Source: Candidatus Saccharimonadota bacterium (GTDB lineage Bacteria; Patescibacteriota; Saccharimonadia; Saccharimonadales; UBA10212). Taken from it: DNA of 64,000 nucleotides. Positions 34,408-45,723 of the stretch are shown here, piece by piece. A model generated the notes under the pieces. The model did not search any database, was not told where the DNA came from, and saw only the letters and a program-made list of their open reading frames with translations. The stretch is from NCBI GenBank assembly GCA_016176605.1, contig JACOWW010000005.1:127-64126 (forward strand), read 5' to 3'. The translations under genes were made by a program, and so were the position numbers. Position 1 is the first letter of the stretch; each line of letters begins with the position of its first letter.

Positions 34408-34574
34408 AATCTTCCTCCAGAAGCAAAGTTCAAAAACCAAACACCAAACACCAAACACCAAAAATTGAAATTTGGTAATTTTAGTTTATTTGAAGTTTGC
34501 CCGGCCTTCGCAGCCAAGCTTGCTTCGGCGAAGTAGGCAAGTTTGAAGTTTGAAGTTTTGAATAACGAATTCAT
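34404..34574 (-). repeat. Heptamer-repeat spacer element with a coupled 56-aa mini-ORF
   Basis: CAAACTT and TTTGGTG tandem heptamers; hand translation is open for 57 codons with ATGA overlaps at both ends. Confidence 0.8.
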
Positions 34575-35899
34575 ACACGCAGTACCTTGTTAATCTTATC
34601 TTTAACTGAAGCCCGTTCGTCGGCCGCACCGGAGTTTAGCGTATCCATGCCGACGCGCAGTAAGCCCATTGCTGTTATGTAGGTATGATCAGAGGCATCG
34701 CCTGTGGCATCAGTTATTCCAATAACTTCATCGGGCTGGATGTGCTGCACAATAGGTTTTTTGGTAAACGGCAGGTTTTTATGCCAATCGCTATCTTCCA
34801 GCCTATGTACTAACATCTCTAAACTGGAGCCGCCGCCGCACAGCAAAATTCGATGAGGTAAGTGATCTAGTTTATTCAATTCGGCCAAAGCTAGTTCGAC
34901 GCCAGAGGTCCAGACATTTAGTGTCCTGCCGAGCACCTTTTCGATGGCCGGTTGTTGTTTAGCGGCTACCAAGTTGCCGCCCAAGCCAATTTTTAAGGCT
35001 TCGGCTTTGATAAAGTCAATGTCCAGTTCCCGTTCAATAGCATGGGTAAAGGCCCGGCCGCCGATGCCAAACATTTTAGTGCCCTCCACGCCGCCCTCGT
35101 TAACTACCGCGATATCGGTCGTGCCGCCGCCGACGTCCATCAGCACGGCGCTGACATTGGTGTTGGGGTCATCGCCGACTACCGAGCGCGCCACGGCGAA
35201 TGGTTCGGCCGCTACCGCCAGCAGTTCCAGATCTAGTTCTGTGGCGGTACGTTCCAAGGCGCCAATGTGTATCATCGGCGCAAAAGCGGTGTACATTTCA
35301 ACCACCACGTCTTTACCCTGAAAGCCAACGGGGTTGGTCACTTTATAGCCGTCAATATCGATGCGCACTAAAGCGCTATTAACTAGGCGTACTTGTACGT
35401 CTTGGCCGCCAAGCTCCCAGGCCAGCTGTTGGCGAGCTTTTTGCTCGGCGCGTTCTTGAACCAGCTCGATAATACGCTCCATTTCTTCAATGTTCAGTTC
35501 TTTAGAGGGGTTATTACGAGTAAAGCGCACAGTCGAGGTGGTGCCTTTGACCAGTTCGCCGGCTATACCGATAATAACTGTGCGGGCTGAAACGCCAGCC
35601 TGTTGTTCGGCGGCCGCCAGCGCTTGGTCGCAGTTGGCCGTAACTGCGGCAATATCAGCGATGGCACCAGCCTGCATATCGGCCAGTTCCTGGTGGGCCC
35701 GGCCAACACCAATAATTTCCACTTCGTTACCCACCACCCGGCCAACCAACGCTTTTATAAATTCTGTACCGATATCCAGCGCTACCAGATAATTTTCAAC
35801 TGGTTTACCCCGACCGAAATGGAGGGGTTTGCCCCGCTTTCTTGTGACATTTGGTAGTTTACTTTTTAGGTCTTTTACCCTGTTAAGCATAGGCGTCAT
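34571..35899 (-). CDS. ftsA: FtsA-like actin-family ATPase
   Basis: ALDIGT, DVGGGTTD, LCGGGS; no ftsZ adjacent. Confidence 0.8.
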   Translation of the reverse strand: MTPMLNRVKDLKSKLPNVTRKRGKPLHFGRGKPVENYLVALDIGTEFIKALVGRVVGNEVEIIGVGRAHQELADMQAGAIADIAAVTANCDQALAAAEQQAGVSARTVIIGIAGELVKGTTSTVRFTRNNPSKELNIEEMERIIELVQERAEQKARQQLAWELGGQDVQVRLVNSALVRIDIDGYKVTNPVGFQGKDVVVEMYTAFAPMIHIGALERTATELDLELLAVAAEPFAVARSVVGDDPNTNVSAVLMDVGGGTTDIAVVNEGGVEGTKMFGIGGRAFTHAIERELDIDFIKAEALKIGLGGNLVAAKQQPAIEKVLGRTLNVWTSGVELALAELNKLDHLPHRILLCGGGSSLEMLVHRLEDSDWHKNLPFTKKPIVQHIQPDEVIGITDATGDASDHTYITAMGLLRVGMDTLNSGAADERASVKDKINKVLRV

Positions 35900-36002
35900 T
35901 CAGGTTGAATTATAGCATACCAACACCTCTACTCTCCGTCTTCCAACTCTCCACATATTTCTATGTTTCTTAAGAAATATAGAAATATGGTAGGGTGGAG
36001 GT

Positions 36003-36272
36003 ATGTTAAGCACTAAGAGGCTGCAAAGGCATATGAAGGGTGTAGCGAACCATCGCCGGATCAGCATTCTTTTATTACTAGAAAGGAACCCTGGACTTTC
36101 CCTGCTGGACATCGCCGAGCGCCTAAAATGGAACTTCAAAACGACAGCTGATCATTTGCAGCGGCTTACTTCAGCCGGGTTAATTATCAAAGGTCGCCAC
36201 ACGGGTAGTGTGCCGCATAAATTAACCAAGCGCGGCCAAACTGTTCTTGAGTTCTTAAAAACATTAGAATAG
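36003..36272 (+). CDS. ArsR-like winged-helix regulator
   Basis: ANHRRISIL, HLQRL..AGLI, LTKRG; palindrome at about 35954-35989 upstream. Confidence 0.8.
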   Translation: MLSTKRLQRHMKGVANHRRISILLLLERNPGLSLLDIAERLKWNFKTTADHLQRLTSAGLIIKGRHTGSVPHKLTKRGQTVLEFLKTLE

Positions 36273-36278
36273 TTTCAA

Positions 36279-38168
36279 CTATTGGAGAGTTGCTTTAATT
36301 CTTCGTACTCCAGCAGAAGAGGCTTCTTCTTTGACGATTTTGAAACGCTTGCCGCCTTCACCAATGATTCCAGTGTGTTCCACGTGCGGGCCGCCGCAAA
36401 TTTCGCGGCTGAATGGTCTGGCTGGATCACCGATCGTGTAAACCTTAACTCTGTCGCCGTATTTATCACCGAAGGCGCCCGACGCACCTTTTTTGAAGGC
36501 TTCGGGCGTTTTTTCTTCTTTCCAGCTGACCGGCAAATCTTCCTTGATTTTTTGATTAACTATATCCTCGACTTTCTTAAGCTGCTCAGGTGTAACTTTT
36601 TGCGGATGGCTAAAATCAAAACGGGTACGTTCGGCTGTGATATTACTACCTCGCTGGACTACATGGTCGCCCAAAACATCTTTTAGAGCGCGGTACATTA
36701 AGTGGGTCGTGGTGTGCAGTTTAACCACCGCCTCAGAGTGGTCGGCCAAACCACCTTTGAACATACCGGCGCTGGCGGTTTGGCTGCGCTTTCGCTGTTC
36801 CTGCATTTGTTGGTTAAACACCTTATCAGCATCATCCGCAATTTTTATTCCTCTTTTTCGTGATTCTTCTTTGCTTAGATCGACAGGGAAACCGTCTTGA
36901 TCATAAAGCTTGAATAGGAGCTCCCCAGTCAAAGTCGATGGGGCAGGTTTATAGTGCCCCATTTTTTTAATTTTTTCTTCCTGGGTAGCTGTTTTTGTAT
37001 CATATTCTTTTGCTGGTTTGAAATATGCTTCAAATTCTCGGAGGCCGTGGCGGAGGGTTTGGCGGAAGAGTTTTTCCTCTCGTATAAAGGCTTCGATTAC
37101 TTCTTTCTCAGCCTTTTCGACCTCCGGAAAGTCAGGTTTATAGATATCCACAACTATTTTTGCGACTTTTTCGCATAAATCGTGCTCGATGCCTATATCT
37201 AGCGCGTACCTGATAGCCCGCCTCAGTAGGCGCCGTAAAACATATCCTTGCGTCTTATTGCTCGGCATAACACCGTCCACCGCCAAAAAGATAGCCGCCC
37301 GCATGTGGTCAGCTATAACCCGCATGCTTTGTTGATGTTCGGCGTATTTTTTGCCAGATAACTTTTCTAAACCTTCAATAATTGGCCAAATTAGGCTGAT
37401 TTTGAACATATCGGGGTTGTTGTTAACCGCCGCCGCCAGCCTTTCCAGCCCGCCGCCAAAGTCAACGTTAGGTTTTGGCAAAGGCTCAAAGCCTTTGGAC
37501 TTTTTTTTGTAAGCCATAAAGACGCTGTTGCCTATTTCCCCAAACCGCCCGCAGTCACAGTTAGGGTGACATTTTTCGCTGTATTTATTGTCATGTTCTA
37601 CCCCCGTAAATTCATAAAATACTTCACTGTCAGGTCCACCGGGCTCGCCATCGCGCATACGGCTCGGTTCGCCCTCACGGCTCCACCAATTATGCTCAGC
37701 GCCATAGAAAACAATCTTATCTTCCAAAACTCCGAGCTTTTTCCAAATGGCAGCCGATTCATCATCGCGCGGTATACCTAATTTCTTATCGCCTTCGAAA
37801 CAAGTCGCCCACAGCCGGTCTTTGGGCAATTTCAATTCTTTAGTCAGGAATTCCCAGAACCACGGCAATTGTTCTTCTTTGTAATAATCGCCCAAGCTCC
37901 AATTGCCGAGCATTTCAAAAAAAGTTGTGTGGCGGTTATCGCCGACTTCGTCCATGTCTTCTGCCCTGAAACAGGTTTGGCTATTAACCAACCTTTTACC
38001 AGCAGGGTGCTTTTCGCCCAGTAAATACGGTACCAATGGCTGCATGCCGCTGCCGGTAAACAGGGTTGTTGGGTCATCCTGCGGCACCAAACTGGCTCGT
38101 GGAATCACTTTGTGCCCCTTTTCCTGAAAATACTCGAAGTATTTTTTACGTATCTCCTGCGCGTTCAT
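36279..38168 (-). CDS. alaS: Alanine-tRNA ligase, short form without C-Ala
   Basis: LFTGSGM, HTTFFEMLGNWS, GLERL, HTTTH, CGGPH editing site. Confidence 0.95.
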   Translation of the reverse strand: MNAQEIRKKYFEYFQEKGHKVIPRASLVPQDDPTTLFTGSGMQPLVPYLLGEKHPAGKRLVNSQTCFRAEDMDEVGDNRHTTFFEMLGNWSLGDYYKEEQLPWFWEFLTKELKLPKDRLWATCFEGDKKLGIPRDDESAAIWKKLGVLEDKIVFYGAEHNWWSREGEPSRMRDGEPGGPDSEVFYEFTGVEHDNKYSEKCHPNCDCGRFGEIGNSVFMAYKKKSKGFEPLPKPNVDFGGGLERLAAAVNNNPDMFKISLIWPIIEGLEKLSGKKYAEHQQSMRVIADHMRAAIFLAVDGVMPSNKTQGYVLRRLLRRAIRYALDIGIEHDLCEKVAKIVVDIYKPDFPEVEKAEKEVIEAFIREEKLFRQTLRHGLREFEAYFKPAKEYDTKTATQEEKIKKMGHYKPAPSTLTGELLFKLYDQDGFPVDLSKEESRKRGIKIADDADKVFNQQMQEQRKRSQTASAGMFKGGLADHSEAVVKLHTTTHLMYRALKDVLGDHVVQRGSNITAERTRFDFSHPQKVTPEQLKKVEDIVNQKIKEDLPVSWKEEKTPEAFKKGASGAFGDKYGDRVKVYTIGDPARPFSREICGGPHVEHTGIIGEGGKRFKIVKEEASSAGVRRIKATLQ

Positions 38169-38182
38169 CAGGTCTATTGTAA

Positions 38183-38256
38183 CCCACGCACCAAAAACTT
38201 GAAGCTCTATAATCTGATTACAAACTACTCCGCTCAGGTTTTGGTGCGGGGCAAGC
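38183..38256 (+). repeat. ~70-bp TAATCTGATT-core structured repeat, copy 3
   Basis: Homologous to copies 1, 2 and 4. Confidence 0.85.
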
Positions 38257-38267
38257 AGAGGTAGAAA

Positions 38268-39392
38268 CTAAACAACAATCCCGCCGCCAAGACAGACGTT
38301 ACCAGAGTAGAAGACGGCGGATTGGCCGGGAGTTAGGGCGCGGATTTCTTCATCAAGTTTAACTAAAGCTTCAAAATTACTTAACAAGTTAAGTTTTTTG
38401 ACTGGAATAAGTTTTGCCCGATGGCGTGTTCGCACCTGTAGGGACTGTTCCTGCAACGGTGCTTCGTTAATCCAGTGGATATCAGCCAGATTAATCTGGT
38501 TGCTCCAGAGCTTTTTGTCTTGGAGGTCGGTCGTTACGTAAACTTCGTTCTTTTTCATATCCTTGCCAGTGACATAGTATGGTAAACCACCACCCACATC
38601 TAGACCGTGGCGTTGACCGATGGTGTAGAAAATAGCCCCATCGTGCTCGCCAACTGTCCACCTCCGCCGGCCGGCGGATTGGTCAATGATTTTGCCCGGC
38701 TTTTTATCAACATATTGGCTTAAAAAATCTTTAATGCCAATCTTACCTACGAAACAAATGCCCATACTTTCTTTTCGATCGGCCGAAACCAGTTTGTGCT
38801 TTTTGGCTAGCGCCCGAACCTGCGGCTTGATTAAATTACCAAGCGGGAAGATAGTTTTTTGTAGAGCTTCTTGAGTTATGCGGTATAAAAAGTATGTCTG
38901 ATCCTTATTGGCGTCTTTTGCTTGCAAAAGACGAGGAACTAGTAATTGGGAATTAGGAATTAGCTTTTTGTCTGCCTTTTTACTATTTTCTATTTCCTGA
39001 TTGCTATTTTCTATTTGGGCGTAGTGGCCGGTGGCTATATAATCCGTTCCGTCATCAATTGCCGTTTCCAAAAATAGCCGAAACTTGATTTCTTGGTTGC
39101 ACATGATATCCGGATTTGGTGTGCGGCCAGCTTTGAATTCGGCCAGCATATAGTCAACAACTTTGTGCCTGTACTGCTTTTCGAAATCGTACATTTTGAA
39201 GTCGATGCCTAGCTGTACGGCCACGCGCTTAGCGTCCTGATAATCATCTTTCCATGGACACTTAACTCCCGGAAAATCCTGGCTCCAGTTCTTCATATAG
39301 ATGCCAACAACTTCATAGCTCTGCTGTTTGAGCAGCAAAGCCGCCACAGAGCTGTCCACTCCTCCGGATAATCCGACATATACCTTTTCCAT
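38268..39392 (-). CDS. mnmA: tRNA 2-thiouridylase MnmA
   Basis: SGGVDS, PNPDIMCN, ATGHY, KDQTYFL, GICF, TPGQ. Confidence 0.97.
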   Translation of the reverse strand: MEKVYVGLSGGVDSSVAALLLKQQSYEVVGIYMKNWSQDFPGVKCPWKDDYQDAKRVAVQLGIDFKMYDFEKQYRHKVVDYMLAEFKAGRTPNPDIMCNQEIKFRLFLETAIDDGTDYIATGHYAQIENSNQEIENSKKADKKLIPNSQLLVPRLLQAKDANKDQTYFLYRITQEALQKTIFPLGNLIKPQVRALAKKHKLVSADRKESMGICFVGKIGIKDFLSQYVDKKPGKIIDQSAGRRRWTVGEHDGAIFYTIGQRHGLDVGGGLPYYVTGKDMKKNEVYVTTDLQDKKLWSNQINLADIHWINEAPLQEQSLQVRTRHRAKLIPVKKLNLLSNFEALVKLDEEIRALTPGQSAVFYSGNVCLGGGIVV

Positions 39393-39500
39393 GCTGTACC
39401 AGCTTAACAGAGGTCCGACCTTGTATAAAGAGCGGTAAAACTTTGCAGTTTTAATTTATATTTTGGCTTTATCCAAGGTCGGACCTCGGACTGGCAGTGG

Positions 39501-41190
<1,690 letters not shown>

Positions 41191-41201
<11 letters not shown>

Positions 41202-41997
41202 TAAGCTGTCGCCTGGCTCTAGAGTAGGTCCAATTCAAGTCAAAGTGGGTGTCGTCTGACTTTTCGTGTGCTACTCGCATGGCGCGAAAACGGCTGGCGT
41301 ACTGGGCCAGCTTTGATTCCAAAATAACTTCAGATAGGGCAATGCCTGTCATGGCGCTTTCCAGGTGACCCACTACGGCTAAAGTAGTGGGCTCAAAAAT
41401 ATAGTTGCTTTCGCTGATGATTTCTTCCCCTGGTTTAACATTGGCGCCGCGCGCGGCTATGGTCGCGCCCAGAGCTATAGTTTTAACGTCCTGCTGCATG
41501 AGCGAAACGTAAGTTTGATAATAAACCACAGTCGAGTTGTATTTTTGGACTTGGGCGACAATCGGTGCGATATTGATATTGCGTTCGCTGCCGGGTAACT
41601 TGAAGTTTAGCTTGGCCTGCAGGCGGCGCTGGGCCAGTTGGGCAATGCCGTGGTAGCCGATAACTATAATGTCGTTTTTCTTTGGATCGTAGTGCGCCAG
41701 CGCCTCAGTAATAAGCCTTAGGTCAATATCACCGCTAAAGCCGCCTTCAGAAGTAATAAGGATCATCAGCTCCTTGTTTTCGGCGGCGTGGCGTTGGGTA
41801 CGTCCAAAATTAAACGAGCTACCTACCCGTATCTGTTCATAAATACGCCACAAATCGTCGAAGAATTGCCCACTGCGCAGTACTTGGTCTTTGATTTGGG
41901 CTATACGAGTACTAGCAATACCTTCAAAAGCACTTGTCAGCTCAACCATCACAACTGATAGTTCCAGTTCCGAGCGCAAATCATTTAGGCGCCTCAC
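41191..41997 (-). CDS. atpG: Divergent F1 ATPase gamma subunit
   Basis: LTSAFE.IA, ITSEGGFSG, YIFEP, 'S..A..ASR..AM..A'; C-terminal helix looks short. Confidence 0.85.
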
Positions 41998-42260
41998 CCC
42001 AGGCCGCCTCTCTTCGAGTCTGAGCCTGAGGGCTCATCCCTCAGAGTCGAATGACCGGCGGCAAATCTCAATTTACAATTATCCTCAGCATAAAATCTTG
42101 AAGCTCCGTAATCTGATTGCAGACTACTCCGTTCAGGATTTAATGCGGGGCAAGCAATTTTTAATGATTTATCATTGATCATTTTCCAATTGTTAAATGG
42201 CAAATGTGAAATCAACGGTGAATGGTGAATGGTGAATGGTAAATGGAGTGATGTAGTCAT
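41994..42260 (-). repeat. Heptamer-repeat spacer element with a coupled 88-aa mini-ORF and nested 70-bp repeat (42083-42155)
   Basis: GGTGAAT tandem heptamers; 4-nt overlaps with atpA and atpG. Confidence 0.8.
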
Positions 42261-43699
42261 TTTTGGGCTCCTTGCAAGGGCACCACAGCTTTTTCCTTTA
42301 ACCTAGCCAGAACTTTGGCATAAGCTTCACCGGACTTAATATAGCTGCTAACTTCGGCGGCGGCTTTTTTCAGTCGGTCGACCCTTAAGCCCGGTATAGG
42401 CGTGTCAGATAATATCAAATCAAGCATCAATTGTTGGCTTATCAGCCCGTATGTTTCGCCCGGTACCTGTGTAAACAACTGATGTAACTGATTACCGGCG
42501 GCTAATACTTTGTGGGTAGTGGCAGCCATTTCGGTGCCAAAGTGCGAAAATTTTTGGGCTTTGGCGTAGTCCGCCATAAGTTTTAAGGCCGTAGCGCTTT
42601 GACTTTTTTGCCGGGCATTTTGTCCAACCCCGCCGACACGAGTTACTGATAAACCCGAGTTTAGCGCGGGGCGCAGGCCCGACCTAAAGACATCCATATC
42701 TAAAATCCACTGGCCATCGGTTATTGACATTATGTTGGTGGGTAAATAAGTTGTTATGTCACCAGCTTCTGTCAAAACCACCGGGATCGCCGTCATAGCG
42801 TGGTGGTTAGCTTTTAACTTACCGGCCCGTTCCAGTAAGCCGGAGTGCGCATGAAATATGTCGCCCGGGTAAGAGTCGCGGCCGGGGTTGGTGCCAAGCA
42901 ACAGTGAGATTTCGCGGTAAGCGTGGGCGTGGGCGGTCAGATCGTCATAAATCACAACTACGTCCTGGCCGGCCTTCTGCCAGAGGTATTCCCCCAGCGC
43001 ACAGCCGATATAGGGTGCCAAATAACTATTCACCAACGACTCGAAAATGGTCGAAACAACGACTATAGATTTTTGCAGAGTGCCAGCATCGCTTAAGCGC
43101 GACAACAAGATATCTACGTCACTGCGGCGTTTAGCGATAAGAACATAGACTACGACCTGGTCTGTGCTGCGTTGGTTAATGGCAATTTGGGTGGCCAGGG
43201 TGGTTTTGCCAGACTTACTGTCACCCAAAAGCGCTATACGCTGGCCCCTCACGATAGGGAACACTGTATCTATTAGCGTAACGCCGGTTTCTAGTTGAGT
43301 ATCTAGAAGTTCCCTTTGGTAAATCGGCGGCGTAGAATTAAAAACTAGCCAGTAAGCGTCGGCGGCAATGGCGCCCTTGCCGTCCAATGGTTCGCCAGTT
43401 ACTGAAATTACCCGGCCAACAAAGTCCTTGCCAACCTTAGCCGTTAAATTTTCTTCAGCGACAACCGCTAAGGTACCTATTTTGAGTTGTGATGTCCCCT
43501 GCCTTAGCACCATTACCCGATCTTCCAATATATCGCGCGTGAAGCCGCGGCTGCCATCTTCGAAAATTACTAACGAATGGATACTCACCGGCTGGAGGCC
43601 TTTAACCGTTATTAAGAAACTGTTTATGGCCACAATTTCGCCTACCGGACGGCCGGCATCGACCAGTTTTTGGAAATGTTGCGAGGCCTGGGTCTCCAT
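42257..43699 (-). CDS. atpA: Divergent F1 ATPase alpha subunit
   Basis: GQRIALLGDSKSGKT, YDDLT.HA.AYREISLLL..PGRDSYPGDIF, SITDGQ, SVTRVGG. Confidence 0.92.
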   Translation of the reverse strand: METQASQHFQKLVDAGRPVGEIVAINSFLITVKGLQPVSIHSLVIFEDGSRGFTRDILEDRVMVLRQGTSQLKIGTLAVVAEENLTAKVGKDFVGRVISVTGEPLDGKGAIAADAYWLVFNSTPPIYQRELLDTQLETGVTLIDTVFPIVRGQRIALLGDSKSGKTTLATQIAINQRSTDQVVVYVLIAKRRSDVDILLSRLSDAGTLQKSIVVVSTIFESLVNSYLAPYIGCALGEYLWQKAGQDVVVIYDDLTAHAHAYREISLLLGTNPGRDSYPGDIFHAHSGLLERAGKLKANHHAMTAIPVVLTEAGDITTYLPTNIMSITDGQWILDMDVFRSGLRPALNSGLSVTRVGGVGQNARQKSQSATALKLMADYAKAQKFSHFGTEMAATTHKVLAAGNQLHQLFTQVPGETYGLISQQLMLDLILSDTPIPGLRVDRLKKAAAEVSSYIKSGEAYAKVLARLKEKAVVPLQGAQK

Positions 43700-44238
43700 T
43701 ATTCTTCCACCGCTGCACCTGGCGCTATCTGGTTCAGGGCTGCGCCTTTTATAAGTTCGATTAAGTATGGCTGCTGTTTCTCAAAAGAGGCGCGCAGACT
43801 GAGGTCGAAGATTTTATTGGGCGTGCGCAGTATACAGCCGGCGGCGATAGCCGGCTGTAAGCCAATATCTAGCAGTACGTAGCGGTGGACATTGCCGCGC
43901 AGCCAAGAAAGTATAGCTTGCGTAACTTTGGGCGAAGGTTCGGCCGCGAAACTAATGTGCACCATCGGCGCCTGGTCACGGACATCAGTTAGTATTCGGG
44001 TGAGTTTTTGGCGATCGCTGGCTATTTTCAAATCGTAACTATTGCCAGCAGCGGTTTGAGCCAGCTCATTTGTCACTCTTAGCAGTGTGTTTTTTTGGCT
44101 GGCAGACAAACTGGTTTGACCTTTGAGCTTTATCAGTTCAGATTCAAGTAACTCCAGTTCGCGTAGTAGACTACTGATATCCGCTTTTCCGACAATTTCT
44201 GGCGGCAAATTGAACAATTTCTTGTTATTAAGAACCAC
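43699..44238 (-). CDS. atpH: Delta/OSCP-like subunit
   Basis: C-terminal 'P.I.AGCILR...IFDLSLR' OSCP-like motif; position in the operon. Confidence 0.7.
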   Translation of the reverse strand: MVLNNKKLFNLPPEIVGKADISSLLRELELLESELIKLKGQTSLSASQKNTLLRVTNELAQTAAGNSYDLKIASDRQKLTRILTDVRDQAPMVHISFAAEPSPKVTQAILSWLRGNVHRYVLLDIGLQPAIAAGCILRTPNKIFDLSLRASFEKQQPYLIELIKGAALNQIAPGAAVEE

Positions 44239-44893
44239 GTTTTATATCCTCGATTATGTCAGCTTTATTATTTTCCAGTTCAGTCAAAATAAATTCCAGT
44301 TGGTCGGTCAAATCTATCTGGTTACCTATGGCTTGCATGACGTAGTGGTTGATAATGGCGGCCATTTGGGATTCAAAACGGGCGATGATTTGGTTGCGCT
44401 GGGCCTGGGCCTGGGTCTGCATTTGAGTCTCCATCAGCTGGCGCTGCTGCTCGATGGTAGTGACTGTTTTTTCAATTGAGTCCAGAGCGATTTGCTTGGC
44501 ATCAACTATTGATTGTTCGTATTTTTTAAACTCTTCTTGCAATGTACGGGTGATTTCCGCCCGCATATAATCGTTAAGCTGGGTAGTGGTTTGGCGTAGG
44601 TCCTGTTGTAGGAACATGGCGTTTTCGCCAATGATTTTTTCGAAGTGCAGCCGGCCGCGGTTGCGCAGCTCCTCGCGGAATTCATCATTAAAAATATGCT
44701 CAACGTCTTCTTTAGCACTGACTATGGTCTGGGGCTGCGCGTCTATAGGGAGTTTCTTAGCCTGTGATGTTGTCGGAGCGGGCGCAGCCGGTTTTTTGGC
44801 CCGAGGGTTCTTTACGCGCCAGTCGAAGTAAAGAACCACTGCTATTGCCAGCAGCGCCCCGCCTGTTATCATCAATACCCCACCGTTATTCAT
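44228..44893 (-). CDS. b-subunit-like protein (N-terminal TM plus long coiled coil)
   Basis: Single TM followed by a Q/E/K-rich helical region; occupies the atpF position. Confidence 0.65.
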   Translation of the reverse strand: MNNGGVLMITGGALLAIAVVLYFDWRVKNPRAKKPAAPAPTTSQAKKLPIDAQPQTIVSAKEDVEHIFNDEFREELRNRGRLHFEKIIGENAMFLQQDLRQTTTQLNDYMRAEITRTLQEEFKKYEQSIVDAKQIALDSIEKTVTTIEQQRQLMETQMQTQAQAQRNQIIARFESQMAAIINHYVMQAIGNQIDLTDQLEFILTELENNKADIIEDIKRGS

Positions 44894-45697
44894 CTATACC
44901 CTCAATAATAAATATATACCGAATAAGCCGCCGGCAAAAACGACCGTCGCGGCCACGATGACTTGTGCCAAATTCTGCATAATTAAGTGCTTGCTTAGCG
45001 GGTTGCGGCCGATGGATATCATGCCGCTGCGGACACCTACCCAAAGCAAGCCGAAAGCGATAGCCGCGGTTATGATAAAGATCAGCAGCGCTGAATAAAT
45101 CCTGGCCGCCGAAAGCGGTTTGCCGGCAATCGATTCGACAAATAGCCGAAGGGGAAGCGGTACGGCCGTACTCTCACGCAGCTGCGGGTTTCTGCCGGGA
45201 ATAATTTCGGCATTGATTTTACCAATCTTCGCGCCACGGTTGCCAGTGCCAATAACCCCTGTGCTGCCATCGAAATTTTCCGAGGACCGGCCGATTATGA
45301 ACGTCTGCCGGCTGGTAACCTTGGCTGCCACGCCGTCCGAGGAAGACATCGAAAGGTAATCGCCGGTTTTTATGGCACCGTTTTCGGTACTGGCTACTAC
45401 TGGATAGACACCGCCGGTGGCCACAAAGACTGTCCGACCCGGCTGCTCAACTGTCGCCGGCGCAGCCTTTTGTTCAATTGCTACACCGTAGATCCGGTTT
45501 GGGTCGTCCGCCGGCGCCAGTTCCACGATGGTGTTATCTGAAACGCTAAGTGCCACAACCCTGCCTGGTTCCACGTTGCCCTTGGCATAGAAACTACGGG
45601 CGATGGTATCCGCATAAGTTGGGGCTGCGAACAAGGCGGCCGAAACCGCCGCGAGTAAGCATAATTTGATAATTCGCCTCAAGGGCAGACCCTTCAT
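44894..45697 (-). CDS. Secreted beta-domain fused to a subunit-c-like hairpin lacking the carboxylate
   Basis: Signal peptide; C-terminal TM-'SIGRNP'-TM hairpin; occupies the atpE position. Confidence 0.7.
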   Translation of the reverse strand: MKGLPLRRIIKLCLLAAVSAALFAAPTYADTIARSFYAKGNVEPGRVVALSVSDNTIVELAPADDPNRIYGVAIEQKAAPATVEQPGRTVFVATGGVYPVVASTENGAIKTGDYLSMSSSDGVAAKVTSRQTFIIGRSSENFDGSTGVIGTGNRGAKIGKINAEIIPGRNPQLRESTAVPLPLRLFVESIAGKPLSAARIYSALLIFIITAAIAFGLLWVGVRSGMISIGRNPLSKHLIMQNLAQVIVAATVVFAGGLFGIYLLLRV

Positions 45698-45723
45698 CTT
45701 AAGCCTAATTATACTGCTTCCGC

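Noticed and set aside
34408..34461. N-terminal extensions predicted by the ORF track (MVFGVWCLV..., also MFIEHC... on atpD)
   Set aside because: They are translations of heptamer repeats; better starts with SD lie at 34407 and 41085.
36279..38168. alaS as a truncated pseudogene
   Set aside because: Catalytic and editing motifs are intact and the ORF ends cleanly after the editing domain; short AlaRS forms are known.
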